Part shown: positions 52,533-63,725 of the stretch, one piece after another
How positions within the stretch are numbered: position 1 is the first letter of the stretch
How the letters are laid out: the number at the start of each line of letters is the position of its first letter
NCBI GenBank assembly: GCA_041391465.1
Contig: JAWKNX010000006.1
Location: 32,789 to 96,788 of the forward strand
Origin: Bdellovibrionales bacterium
GTDB taxonomy: Bacteria; Bdellovibrionota; Bdellovibrionia; Bdellovibrionales; UBA1609
DNA length: 64,000 bases
Reading direction: 5' to 3'
Notes under the pieces: generated by a model
Database searches by the model: none
What the model was told of the DNA's origin: nothing
Seen by the model: the letters and a program-made list of their open reading frames with translations, nothing else
Translations under genes and position numbers: made by a program

Positions 52533-53539
52533 AAGTAGCGTTCTTTGATGCTCACGAATTTGAAAAAAATATTTTTCTAAAAGAAAATGAAAAGTACCTC
52601 CATGAGATTACTTTTTTTGAAACAAGGCTTACAAAAGAAACAGCCGGTTTGGCTGAGGGGTTTTTATGTGTTTGTGCCTTTGTTAATGATCAACTTGATG
52701 AAGATACATTGCAGACCCTCTCGGCTTCAGGAGTTAAATTAATCGCTCTTAGGTCAGCAGGCTTTAATAATGTTGATTTGAAATCGGCAAATCATCTTGA
52801 TTTAAAAGTTGTTCGTGTGCCGGAGTATTCCCCTCATGCCGTGGCAGAACATGCTGTTACTTTGATTCTTTCACTAAATCGAAAAATTCATAGGGCTTAC
52901 AACCGCGTGAAAGATGGTAACTTTTCTTTAGGCGGGCTTGTCGGCTTTGATCTAAATAAAAAAACGATTGGAATCATTGGGACTGGGCGAATTGGAACAG
53001 TTATGGCTAAAATATCAAAAGGGTTTGGTTGCCACATTCTTGCTTATGACCTTGTCCAAAATTCGAATTTGATTGCTGATGGGGTTGAATACGTAAATTT
53101 GGATGAATTACTGCAAAGGTCGCATGTCATTTCTCTACATATCCCACTCACACCGGAGACCAAATATTTAATTAATGAAAGAGCCCTTTCAATGACCAAA
53201 CCGGGAGTTATGCTTATTAATACAAGCCGGGGCGCACTTATTGATACAAAAGCACTTATACAGTACTTGAAATCGGGTCACATTGGATATGCAGGACTTG
53301 ACGTCTACGAAGAAGAGGAAGGTATTTTTTTTGAAAATCTATCCGACCAGATACTTCAGGACGATCAGTTGGTTCGCTTACTGACGTTTCCAAATGTTCT
53401 TTTGACAGCTCACCAGGCCTTTTTAACCAACGAGGCTTTAGAAAATATTGCCCAAACGACGCTTCAAAATATTGCTGATTTTGAAAGTGGAAATCATCTG
53501 GTTCATGAAGTAAGCGCAGAGAAAAACTTAAAGACATGA
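52529..53539 (+). CDS. ldhA: D-lactate dehydrogenase / D-isomer-specific 2-hydroxyacid dehydrogenase
   Basis: The 336-aa product has MKVAFFDAHEFEK..., the NAD-binding motif GIIGTGRIG, and the catalytic-region pattern LINTSRGALID...LDVYEEE...LTAHQAF. Confidence 0.85.
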   Translation: MKVAFFDAHEFEKNIFLKENEKYLHEITFFETRLTKETAGLAEGFLCVCAFVNDQLDEDTLQTLSASGVKLIALRSAGFNNVDLKSANHLDLKVVRVPEYSPHAVAEHAVTLILSLNRKIHRAYNRVKDGNFSLGGLVGFDLNKKTIGIIGTGRIGTVMAKISKGFGCHILAYDLVQNSNLIADGVEYVNLDELLQRSHVISLHIPLTPETKYLINERALSMTKPGVMLINTSRGALIDTKALIQYLKSGHIGYAGLDVYEEEEGIFFENLSDQILQDDQLVRLLTFPNVLLTAHQAFLTNEALENIAQTTLQNIADFESGNHLVHEVSAEKNLKT

Positions 53540-53557
53540 TTGTTTTGTGAGGAAAGC

Positions 53558-53866
53558 ATGGGCCTAGCATTGATTCAATTTTTAATCACCACACTAGTGA
53601 TTGTTGTGGCGGGCACTTTTTTAACTAAGTTTGCAGACCGAATTGCGGAAATTACAGGCTGGGGCCGGGTTTTTTTAGGCAGTTTGCTATTAGCTGGCGC
53701 CACGTCTATGCCGGAGTTAATGACAGCTTTAGAAAATAAATTTAACAGGTATGACGCAGTTATTTTTTTAGAGACAGCTGCAGTTGGCGATATTTCTATC
53801 GAAGGCGGAAATCCAATTAGGATTGCAAGCAATAAAAAAGCTATAGAATTAATGGGGCGAGGATGA
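53558..53866 (+). pseudogene. N-terminal fragment of a Ca2+/cation antiporter (CaCA/YrbG-like)
   Basis: The ATG at 53558 follows GAGGAAAG. The sequence MGLALIQFLITTLVIVVAGTFLTKFADRIAEITGW...LLLAGATSMPEL carries the alpha-1 repeat GxSxPE. The ORF stops after about 100 codons, whereas full-length members are about 320 aa. Confidence 0.5.
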
Positions 53867-55466
53867 AGGACTTCCAGATATTATTAGCAGCTTTGACCAG
53901 TATTATATTGTTCGTATTTGGGTTAGAACATTTTTCTAAGGAAATTCAACGGATTACTGGTGAAAAGTTTCGAAAAGCCCTAAGCCAAGCTACAAAATAT
54001 TCTGGATTTGGAGTGCTATTAGGAGCTGTAGTGACTGCCTTCATTCAGTCTAGCTCAGCAACGTCCGTTATTGCTATTAGCTTAGTTAATGCGGGAGTTC
54101 TTTCTTTCAAAAGTAGTATAGGGATAATTTTTGGAGCAAACATTGGAACATCTGTGACGGCTCAGTTGGTGGCCTTCAAGCTTACATCATTTGCACCCAT
54201 TTTTATTATTGCTGGTTTTTTTCTCTCTTTCATAAAATCCAGATATTCTGTTTTTTGCAAAGACATTGTTTTATTTGGATTTGTATTTTTCAGTTTAAAC
54301 CTAATTTCTTCCACTTTTCTCCATTACAGGAGGACCAAAGATTTCTGATGTTTTGACAGCAGATCAAAACTTATATTTGGGCATTTTAGCAGGAGCCTTG
54401 ATAACGGCTATTATTCAATCCAGCTCGGTAACAACTGGATTGGCAATTATATTTGCTCAGCAAGGCATTATAAGCCTAGGAAAACGCAATCCCCATATTA
54501 ATGGGGCAAACATTGGAACCACGACTACTGCATTAATTTCGATAGTTAACATGGATATTTCGGCCAAAAAAGACAGCATTAGCACATTTTTTATTTAACT
54601 TCGGTGGCGTTTATTATTTATTCTCTAGTTAAATATTTTGGAAAAGAATTGCCCTTATTTTCAAAGGATCCCGCCGTTGCATTGGCAAATTTTCATCTAA
54701 TTTTTAATTTAACCACGACAGTTATATTTGTTTCTGTCCTTAAGCCATTTACGAACCTGTCGATAAAATTTTAGGCGAAGGCAGATGGATTTTAATAGAT
54801 TTGACCTCAGCCTTTTCAAAATGAAGATTTTGAAAAATTAACAAGCAGCTTCTTTTAAATCTTGATAAGATCTATGATTTCGCTCAAGAGAACTATAACT
54901 TCTTAATTACTTTAAGTATCGAAAAGTAATTACAGAGGTGTTTATGAGGCAGCTGCTAAGCGTATAGAGTATTTAGATTTTGTTAAATCTGAGCTTTGAG
55001 TTTCTTTTCTCGTTTTGTTGGTAACTGTACACAGGAAAATGAAATAGCAAAATCAGGAAGAGATAATGGGTCTCTACGAATATATATTCCAGATTCATGA
55101 TTCAGTGAAAGATATTTCTTCAATCAAGGAGCAGTTAGATGAACAATATATTGAGTTGCATAGTGACCTTTTGATTGTAGTAGAGAGCTTTCTGGAAAGA
55201 CGTTAGCTTTTTTTGAAAATGTATCACCCTCTTCTTTGAAGAAGGATGCTGAAGAGCTTCAGGGCGATTTGGAAGAGTTTAATAAGGTGATTCTTAAGCT
55301 GATGTCACAGCCAAACAGGAATGATGCTGGAGTCATTTTGCGCCTCGTAACCTACTCACAGCGCTTGAAGGATAAGTTGGTCAACTATCATATTCTTTAC
55401 GAAGCGTTCTTATCAAACAATGGTAAGTTTGCAAATAATGAAGACAGGAACAACGTTGAAAAATAG
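53863..55466 (+). pseudogene. Na/Pi cotransporter family protein with PhoU-like C-terminal region, fragmented
   Basis: Fragments carry FIQSSSATSVIAISLVNAGVLSF...GANIGTSVTAQLVAF and the second repeat IIQSSSVTTGLAIIFAQQG...GANIGTTTTALI. The helical C-terminal fragment is 55236-55466. Confidence 0.75.
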
Positions 55467-55715
55467 TTCACATAAAAAGGTGGTTTAAGTTTTATGACCC
55501 TGCGAACTCTTTAGCCCCCGAACAATCTTTGCACCGTATTAGCCCATGTGGGCGCGATTATTATACTAAAAGTGCCGCTTCTTCATGCTATCAAACTTTG
55601 AATTGCGCTGAAAACTTAGGGAGCGCCATCTGGATTTTAGTTTATATACTATAATATTTTAAGTGTACGAATCCTTTTTGGGTTCTCGGTTGGACCATAA
55701 ACTAAAGTGACTACC

Positions 55716-55734
55716 TGGAGCGGGTGATGGGATT
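55716..55734 (-). repeat. 19-nt duplicate of the tRNA-Gly 3' end (TGGAGCGGGTGATGGGATT on the + strand)
   Basis: It is identical to 55999-56017. The sequence diverges immediately afterwards (GTTTCGG versus CGAACCC), so no T-arm or complete tRNA is formed. Confidence 0.8.
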
Positions 55735-55998
55735 GTTTCGGCTCCAGCCTCAACCCTTCGGGCTCGCCCACCTTCGGCTCGTCTCGGTCTCTCCGGCCAT
55801 CATGGCCTTCGAGTCGAACCCGCGCTTCGCGCTTTCACCCTCAACTCCCATTAACAAATCCAAAACAAAAGATGAGCGCAAACAAAAAGACACGAAAAGT
55901 TTGGAAATAGAGGGCCGAGCGGTGACGGGAGCGTACGAACAGTACGTGACCAAACCCGAAGGCACTCTAGTTTTCAAAATTTGAAGTGGATTTGATGT

Positions 55999-56075
55999 TG
56001 GAGCGGGTGATGGGATTCGAACCCACGGCCTCGACCTTGGCAAGGTCGCGCTCTAGCCAGCTGAGCTACACCCGC
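55999..56075 (-). tRNA. tRNA-Gly (anticodon GCC), CCA encoded
   Basis: The reverse complement is GCGGGTGTAGCTCAGCTGGCTAGAGCGCGACCTTGCCAAGGTCGAGGCCGTGGGTTCGAATCCCATCACCCGCTCCA. It folds by eye into a cloverleaf with a 7-bp acceptor stem, anticodon loop UUGCCAA and T-loop GGTTCGAATCC. Confidence 0.9.
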
Positions 56076-56215
56076 AGCATGTGCGAACAACGTTTTTATA
56101 TCCGGAGTCGGGTTGTGTCAACGACTCGAATTCAATCTCATAAAAAGTGGCGATTTGTCTCACAACCTACTGAAATAACCAATGTTTTTGGAATTGCTGC
56201 GTTGACCTGTGCCGA

Positions 56216-57852
56216 TTGGCTCAGTACCGTATTCTAGTTAACCCTCTTGAAATGGAATTCAAAATGGATTTTCTCGACAAACACATCATCTCAAAGTTCG
56301 AAATCGATATCGACCCCAACTATCTACGTCGATTTGTCGAATTAAGTCGCATTATTTTTGGCCTCATACTGACTCATCGATTTATCAATCTCTACGGCAT
56401 GTCGGTTTTGTGGCTTCCTGGCGACTTCAAACACAGTTTAATCCCGATTATGATTTTAGCATCGATATTTTTGTCCATTGGCTTTTTGACTCCAATTGCA
56501 ATTACCCTGTTGGCAATCAATTTTATTTTTCAATTTTTTGCTGGGACGTTAGGCAGCCAAGTGGCATTGCTCATGTTGTATTTGTACTTGTTTGCCGGTG
56601 CCGGACAAACTTTATCTGTCGACGGTTGGATAAAATCTCGATTTTCCGACTGTAAACGAATCTATGAAAAACTGTATTTTTTTGCAATTGAACTGACCAC
56701 CAAAAACTTCGCTCGCCTTAGATGCTTTGCCCTGTTTGTGTTCTGGTTAATTTGCTACAATGCAGTTTTATTTCATTTTTTTGATCCACTTTGGATTATG
56801 GGTAAAAACCTCCATTTACACTTTGGGACACCCTACTTGTCCGACTTCTATATGGAGCACAATCTTATGCGGTTTACCTCCGCAACCTACTCATCACTTT
56901 TAAGAACAGGGATGTATGTTCAAGGGGTTTGGGAACTATTTCTTTTTCCCCTCATGTTTTTTCGTATGGGACGAGTTTTTATCGGACTCCAGGGTTTTGC
57001 TTTTTTCGCAATCTCTGCCATTTTTATGAATTTAGGCTACTTGCCTGTTTACGAGTTAGTGCTTTGGGCACTGTTGTTTCTAATTTAAACGCTCTTAAGG
57101 GCAAAGCTCGTTCAGCCACGCCTTCACTGCAAAAAAATCAAAAAGAAATTCTGTTCGTAAGATTTGCCCAATTCATTTGTGCATTTGGATTTTTGTGGAA
57201 TGGTGTTGTTTCAATGGGGGTAATATTTCAAATGCCCGGAACTAGAGCTATTATTGCAAATCCCGTCGTGGATATGATTTCTCGAGTGGCGGCTCAAGAA
57301 ATAATTGATGTTTTTAATCTTAGTGATTTAACGGCTGGAGGTGGACCAAATATCATTTTGGCCGAAATTAACGAGAATGATGAACCCATTCGGGTCGTGC
57401 CATTCACTGATGTCAATGGCGGCCGTCTGGCGTTTCATTCTAACCCCCATTTGTATTTTTCGAACTCCCTACAGTTTTTGCGTTTGCCTTATGAGTTTAA
57501 ATTTATTGGCGATCAATTGAGCCCCTACTCAAAAGAGCTCATAACAAAAATTTTGCGACTGGATAATTGCTTGGTCAGCCCCGATAAACCTCTTCGCTAT
57601 TTGCTGGTGATCGGACAAAGAGAGCTGATGCAAAATAACAATAACGAGTACGTCTGGTCACCGACACGTCCTATGCTTCATCGCTGGGTCGACGGACAAC
57701 CATCAGACATATCTCACCCAAAGTGCGGTAGTACTTTTCTTGTTAGAAACTATCGTCACAATCACGATGAAAGGGCAGAGATGACCTTAGCCCAAATGAA
57801 AATTTGGGCTGAAGAATTTAAAAATACGCGAACATCTCAGCCGTCAGAATGA
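56216..57852 (+). pseudogene. multi-pass membrane protein (HTTM-like, tentative) with soluble C-terminal domain; one frame break near 57085
   Basis: ORF 56216-57088 has 6-7 TM helices and LRRFVELSRIIFGLILTHRF. After 57090 the gene continues in the frame of ORF 56929-57852 (...FLWNGVVSMGVIF... then a soluble domain). The earlier part of that second ORF overlaps the first out of frame. Possible starts are 56216, 56252 and 56264. Confidence 0.4.
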
Positions 57853-57997
57853 ACTGAATGCCACTCACCTTTGAAAAATTTATTGAATCTGTTGTTTATT
57901 CGCAAAAATGGCCCCATTACGCGTGGCACTAGTGGCATTAAAGTCAGAGACTCCATTTCAAATCGAGAAGAGAAACAGGTGACAATTATAAAGCAAT

Positions 57998-59127
57998 ATG
58001 TCAAACTGGTGGTTTCAAGAGGAGAATCAGGACATTATGGAAATTGAGCGTACGCCCGATGTGGCACCGGATCACCAAAATAAAAAAACGAAATCAGTTC
58101 ATTCTCAACTAAACAACACTGAAGAAAAAAACATTTCGGTTTATTTGAAAGCCGTTATGCCAGAGCTTCCAAAAGGCTTCATGAAAAACAACCCTTGGCG
58201 TATCGTTAATGCATTTGTTGCTTATGGTATTATTGCCGCAGGAGCCTTTGTTTTAATTTCCTATGAATTACCCGTACTAGTTAAGGTCTTTCTTGGCTTG
58301 GCCATGGGTTCTTGCTTTGCCATTAACGGATTCCTGGCACACGAAGCTTTGCATGGCTCTATTTTTCAAAAGAAATTTCTGCAGGACTTGGTTGGTTTTT
58401 TTGGCTTTGCGCTTGTGTTTAATGCCCCTACGTTTTGGCGCCATGAACACAATAAAATGCACCATGGGAACACCCAAAAGCTTTTGATTGATCCAGACGC
58501 GTTCCCGACAAAGAGAATTTTCAAACAATCCAAATACTCACAAAGAGTTTATAAATTTTTGCCCGGCAGTAAGACTCTTCGGTCTTACCTTTACTTTTTT
58601 TATTGGTTCACTTTTCACAACCTTATGGCTCAAACCTATTTTAGATTTCGCAACAAAACCTACGACGGTGTCGATCACACACGATGTACTGTAGAGTTGA
58701 TTCTCCAATTTGCAGTAATTGGTGGGTATGGATATTTACTCGGGTGGCCTAACTTAATCTATGGCTTGGTAATCCCATTCTTTGTTATGAACTATACCTT
58801 GATGAGTTATATTTCGACCAATCACAACTTTTTGCCATTGGTTCGTGAAAATGACCCCTTCGAAGCTCTTTGACGGTAACGAATCATCCTATTTTAGAGT
58901 TTCTTCATATGAACTTTGGTTATCATACAGAACACCATTTGATGCCAAAGATGTGCATGTCTAAAGCAAAAGTATTACATAAAGCCCTTAAAGAGAAATT
59001 CCCCAACGACTATAAATACATGTCTAAGCGAGAAGCTCTGGTTCGGCTTTATAACACCCCAAGAATCTATAAAAACCGGACTACACTTGTTGATCCGTAT
59101 ACGGGTGAGGAAGTTCCAACCTATTAA
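57998..59127 (+). pseudogene. membrane fatty-acid desaturase family protein, one break at about 58870
   Basis: Three His boxes occur in order: HEALHGS, HNKMHH and, after the break, HTEHHLMP. Confidence 0.75.
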
Positions 59128-59825
59128 ACAATACTCTGGAGTTTGAGCTCAATAACGAGCATCAGTACCAAAAAAGAAGCCACAAAAAAGGGAACAATAT
59201 TAAATTTGGTTGTTCCCAATTCAAATTCTAACTGATTGTCGTTACAAAACTTTCGAAGAACTCTCAAACCATACTCACTAGCATCATCCAAAATTATATA
59301 TCTTTGCCCGCCGTCATGTAACTCCACTTGAAAATTCACCACGTAATGATTTTTTCCGTCAACTCGGAATGCTTTTTTCGTCCGGTAAACTATAAACTTA
59401 AAATGCGGACTGAGTTTAAAAGCCCTTTTCCGGAGCCTTTCGAAAACTTTATCTTCTATGAATATTCCCATCCTGTGCAATTTTACTGTGACTTTTTGTG
59501 GGCGAAAAATAAGATAGCCTCCAAATATTTTCAAAAAATACCCAAGAAGAACCAAGCCTGAAGCATAGATCGTGTAAGGCAGAAGAATCACTTCCAGTGA
59601 TGCCAGGTAGATGGTCATGGTAAGAATGGACCCGGATAGAAAAAGTGACACCAATAACGTGGTCCAAATAGACCACTTGTTGGAGGGGTAAAACGTGATG
59701 GTACCGCCATTGACCTCAATACCATGCTCAACAGTAGAGTCCGCATTCGGATCATAATCTGGATCAAATTTAAAATATTCATCGAATTCTGATGAACTAC
59801 TCGCATTTGAATCATCCGCCGTCAT
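59124..59825 (-). CDS. hypothetical membrane protein
   Basis: This is an intact 233-aa ORF with an acidic N-terminus, two central TM helices and one C-terminal TM helix. No family is recognised. Confidence 0.45.
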   Translation of the reverse strand: MTADDSNASSSSEFDEYFKFDPDYDPNADSTVEHGIEVNGGTITFYPSNKWSIWTTLLVSLFLSGSILTMTIYLASLEVILLPYTIYASGLVLLGYFLKIFGGYLIFRPQKVTVKLHRMGIFIEDKVFERLRKRAFKLSPHFKFIVYRTKKAFRVDGKNHYVVNFQVELHDGGQRYIILDDASEYGLRVLRKFCNDNQLEFELGTTKFNIVPFFVASFLVLMLVIELKLQSIV

Positions 59826-60099
59826 AGACCCTCAACAACTTTTACCAAAAGTATTGTTTGATATTCTGTTCATTTTCACACTGTGCCATTGGTGTGTCAT
59901 CGAGCCAATGGTCGGGGTTTGCCCAACAAACATAGCCATTGCTTTTCATTCTTTTCTTTAAAACCGGCCAAAACATCCCATCTTTGTAATTAAAACCGCC
60001 GTAATTTCAGCATTTTGCATGCTAATTAACAACGATTATCAAAAAAATTGACCCCAACTATGGGTTGAATTACACCATGGACCTCGGAGGACACCCCCT

Positions 60100-60345
60100 A
60101 TGGGCATTAATTTATGGACATTAGAGCCTAATAAATCTGCTGTAATACGATCCATTGAAGCAGGCGTTCCTGAATCTATTTTACATCGATTGAAAGAGCT
60201 GGGGTTTTCCGCTGGGCATCCCGTCATTTGCCTAATGCAACCAAGCTTCGGTGCCCCTCGAGTTTATCAAATTAATCAGTCTGTATATTCATTGGACCAA
60301 GACATCGCTCAATGTGTTCAAGTCGATTTAGTAGAAGGAGCCTAA
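60100..60345 (+). CDS. feoA: ferrous iron transport protein A
   Basis: This 81-aa SH3-like FeoA pattern (L..L..G....I..I.....RL.ELGF..G..V) lies directly upstream of feoB. Confidence 0.8.
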   Translation: MGINLWTLEPNKSAVIRSIEAGVPESILHRLKELGFSAGHPVICLMQPSFGAPRVYQINQSVYSLDQDIAQCVQVDLVEGA

Positions 60346-60349
60346 GATC

Positions 60350-62186
60350 GTGTCACAAGCCATAATCATTGGGAGCCCTAATTCTGGAAAAAGTCTATTA
60401 TTTAACCGGTTAACAGGACTCAATCAGCGCGTCGCCAACTTCCCTGGAATCACGGTGGATATACATACTGGACAATCTATTTTAACAGAGTCACCAGTGG
60501 AGCTTATAGATTTGCCTGGTACGTATTCACTCACTCCCCTCTCAGAAGAAGAAAGAGTAGCCGTACAGCAATTTAAATCTGCCGTTTCAAAAGAGGAGCT
60601 GCGCCTGGTTATTTGCCTAATAGATAGCACTCGGTTGGAGCGAGGACTGTACTTCGCCCAACAAGTCATTGCCGAAGCCCATAAAAATAATAAACCTGTC
60701 ATTGTGGTAGCAAATATGATCGATACTTTGAACTTTCATAATCTGCACCTTGATATTGAAGGGTTGAGCGATGCTTTGGGAGTCTACGTCAGTGCTGTGT
60801 CGGCAAAAACCAAAGAAGGTCTTGAACGGTTGGTGCAACAACTCAACTCATTGGAATCAGTTTTACCTAATAAATATGGTGAAATCTATGCAAACGACAG
60901 TATAGATGAGTTAAAGGAGCGTGCTAAAGACCTAACTCATCGATTTGGACCGAAGGGAGATCTACTCATTCGGGCACAAAACAAAATAGACAATGTGATT
61001 CTTCACTCCATTTTTTGGAGGAGTTGTATTTTTCGCGGTCATGTTTTTACTGTTTCAATCCATCTTTACCTGGGCGGGCCCATTCATGGACGCAATTGAA
61101 GGTGGAATTGAGATGATCGCTGGTGCTGTGACTCCACATGTTGGCTCCCAGCTGCTTCAAGACTTTCTTAATGATGCAATTTTTGGAGGTTTTGGAGCAT
61201 TTCTTGTTTTTATCCCACAGATATTTATCCTTACATTTTTAGTCGGCCTAATGGAGGACTCTGGGTATATAGCCAGAGCGGCCATCATCTGTCATCGACC
61301 CTTGAAGTTTTTTGGACTCACTGGAAAAAGCTTTGTCCCCATGCTTTCTGGAGTAGCTTGCGCAATCCCTGGAATTTATGCGGCACGTACAATTGAGTCA
61401 CCCTTTCGCCGATGGCTTACCTATTTCGCCATTCCTCTTATGCCCTGCTCAGCTCGACTGCCCGTCTATGCGTTACTCATTGCTGCGTTTATTCCAGCAC
61501 ATACCGTCGCTGGTGGATTCATTGGGTTACAGGGTCTTGTTATGTTTTTCATCTACTTTTTTGGGATTGTTGTTGGCCTGCTAGTCACAGCGCTCCTATC
61601 GCGTACCCGTACTGTTAATAACGATAGCAAAACCGACATCCCTTTTATCATTGAGCTGCCCCCATACCGATTGCCAGGGCTTAAACCTCTTATATTTAAA
61701 TCACTGCAACGAAGTAAACTTTTTGTAACTAAAGCCGGAGGAATCATTTTCACCGTCACTGTTGTCGTTTGGTTTTTAGGTTATTTTCCAAACGGTGGTG
61801 AAGATCTAGGGACTTCCTACCTAGGGTATTTAGGTAAATTTTTAGAGCCCATATTTCAACCTTTGGGCCTGGATTGGAAGTACGGTGTTGCAATTTTAAC
61901 TTCATTTCTAGCTCGTGAAGTTTTTGTGGGTACGCTTGGAACACTCTTTGGAATTGAGGGTGCGGATGAAAATATTGCCGGCCTAGCAGAATCCATCCAA
62001 AACTCTGGATTAAGTTTTGGCTCTGGTATTGCCCTCATCGCCTTCTTTGCCATTGCCATGCAATGTGTATCCACACTTGCTGTGCTAAGAAGAGAAACTG
62101 GCAGCTGGAGAATGCCCTCGCAAATTTTTATCGGGTACAGCTTACTCGCATATGCGACAGCCTATTTAGCCACTTTGATTTTTTAA
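60350..62186 (+). pseudogene. feoB: ferrous iron transporter FeoB, single frameshift in the T6 run at 61011-61016
   Basis: The G-domain contains IIGSPNSGKSLLFNRLTG...DLPGTYSL...NMID. Removing one T from the run joins ...LHSIFGGVVFFAVMFLLFQSIFTWAGPFMD... to the membrane domain ORF 61041-62186. Confidence 0.9.
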
Positions 62187-62297
62187 TCTTCATTTTATTC
62201 TGAAATGTAATCTTGATTTAAATACTTTTCGACAAGATCTCTCGCATAGATATTGCATTCCAGTTTTGCTAATACAACAAACGTTCCGCCTAGTTTT

Positions 62298-63539
62298 CTA
62301 TCCAAAAAAACTAACTGCGGAGGGTGTTCTAAATTTAAATCGCGTCACCATTTCTTTACCCATGGTGAATACTTTTTGAGGTAGGTCAGAGTTTTTATAA
62401 TCAAAACCCGTTTTTTCATATTTTTCACTAAAAGGTTCGACCATGACTTGGCAAAATTCATAAAAATATTCTTTATGTTCAGCCGCATCGTCGGGCAGAA
62501 TAAATCCCAGTTTTTCCGCTGCCGCAAAAAAGTCAGACCGTTGCTTAAAAAAGGCGGACTTAATCATTTGTTTATAAGGGAATTTAAAATGATCCTCTAA
62601 TATTTTAACCGCTCCAAAGTCCAAGAGAACAATTTTAGATTTACCTTCACTCAACTGAATACGAAAGTTACCAAAATGGGGGTCTGTCTGAACTCTTCCC
62701 CAAACAAACAATTCATTATAGTAATAATCGAGAAAAATACGCCCTAGCTTATTGCGATCGTCTTGGGGTAACTGCAATACCTTAGGGTCGTCAAATGGCA
62801 CAGAGTCAATAAATTCGGTGGCCAGTACTTTTTTGGTAGAGAACTTTCTGTTTACAGTAGGGATTACCAATCTCTCGTTGTCGGAAAAATACTTTCTATA
62901 TTCTTCCGTTTGTTGGGCTTCTTGAATGTAATCCACCTCTTGATGGAGCATGGTTTTTATTTCAGCGATAACAACATCCGCGTCGTAATTGGGAGATATG
63001 GTACCAAATGTTTTTAACAGCTTTCTTAAAAACCGAATGTCAGCATCAATCGCTTTATCCACTTCTGGGTATTGGACCTTCAATGCCAGTTTTTCGCCGG
63101 TTTCTTTGACATGCGCTATATGCACTTGCCCTAGTGAAGCCGCAGCAAAAGGCTCTGGGTCAATTTCCAATTCATCCAATTTATCAGCCAGTTCTCGCTT
63201 AAGCTGCTTTTCAATTACAGAATACTCCAAGGGTGGAGATTGAAACTGGAGAGTTTTTAAAAACTCATTGGCTTTTTCAGGGAGAAAGTGCTCGCCATAT
63301 ACGGACAACATCTGCCCGGCTTTCATCACCGAACCCTTCAGCTGCCCCATTTCTTTAGTGAGAGATTCCAATTGGGCAATTAAAAACTCTTCTAACAATT
63401 CATTTTTTCGAATTTGATCCGCAAAGCTTTGTTTGATTTTATTGCCAGCCCATTTCGCTCCCGTTTTCGCGGTCCAAGAGGCTAATTTGAAACTACGTTC
63501 AAATCCTGCCGAAGTTATTTTTTTTAACTTTTTACTCAT
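62298..63539 (-). CDS. ABC1/UbiB-family atypical kinase
   Basis: The 413-aa product contains MKAGQMLS, PFAAASLGQVHIAHVK (the ABC1 AASxGQVH motif) and the kinase-like core VQTDPHFGNF...LDFG. Confidence 0.8.
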   Translation of the reverse strand: MSKKLKKITSAGFERSFKLASWTAKTGAKWAGNKIKQSFADQIRKNELLEEFLIAQLESLTKEMGQLKGSVMKAGQMLSVYGEHFLPEKANEFLKTLQFQSPPLEYSVIEKQLKRELADKLDELEIDPEPFAAASLGQVHIAHVKETGEKLALKVQYPEVDKAIDADIRFLRKLLKTFGTISPNYDADVVIAEIKTMLHQEVDYIQEAQQTEEYRKYFSDNERLVIPTVNRKFSTKKVLATEFIDSVPFDDPKVLQLPQDDRNKLGRIFLDYYYNELFVWGRVQTDPHFGNFRIQLSEGKSKIVLLDFGAVKILEDHFKFPYKQMIKSAFFKQRSDFFAAAEKLGFILPDDAAEHKEYFYEFCQVMVEPFSEKYEKTGFDYKNSDLPQKVFTMGKEMVTRFKFRTPSAVSFFG

Positions 63540-63725
63540 TCGAATATTTTAAAAGGTTTCTTCCAAAAAGGCTAACCCAACTACCTCGTGAGAACGAAAA
63601 GACGACCAACTGACAATGACCATCAATTCACTCATTTACAATGGCATTGATTTAGCTACCGAATCAGAACAAATTATCGATAATTGCATTTAATGCCTGC
63701 AGATTTGATCTAAGGAGTTGATTCA

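Noticed and set aside
55735-55998. An integrated prophage or genomic island at tRNA-Gly.
   Set aside because: The segment bounded by the 19-nt repeats is only 264 bp and encodes no integrase or other mobile-element gene. At most it is a scar or miniature element, and it is kept as a finding in that form only.
55724-56043. Two overlapping ORFs (55724-55984 on the + strand, 55750-56043 on the - strand) in the tRNA-Gly region.
   Set aside because: One overlaps the tRNA itself. Both owe their length to the locally GC-rich, stop-poor sequence, and there is no RBS or recognisable domain.
59846-59953. A small minus-strand ORF (MKSNGYVCWANPDHWLDDTPMAQCENEQNIKQYFW) between the membrane protein gene and feoA.
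   Set aside because: It is only 35 codons, with no RBS or family recognised. The frame extends upstream without a start, so it may be a fragment of something disrupted. The evidence is insufficient to call it.
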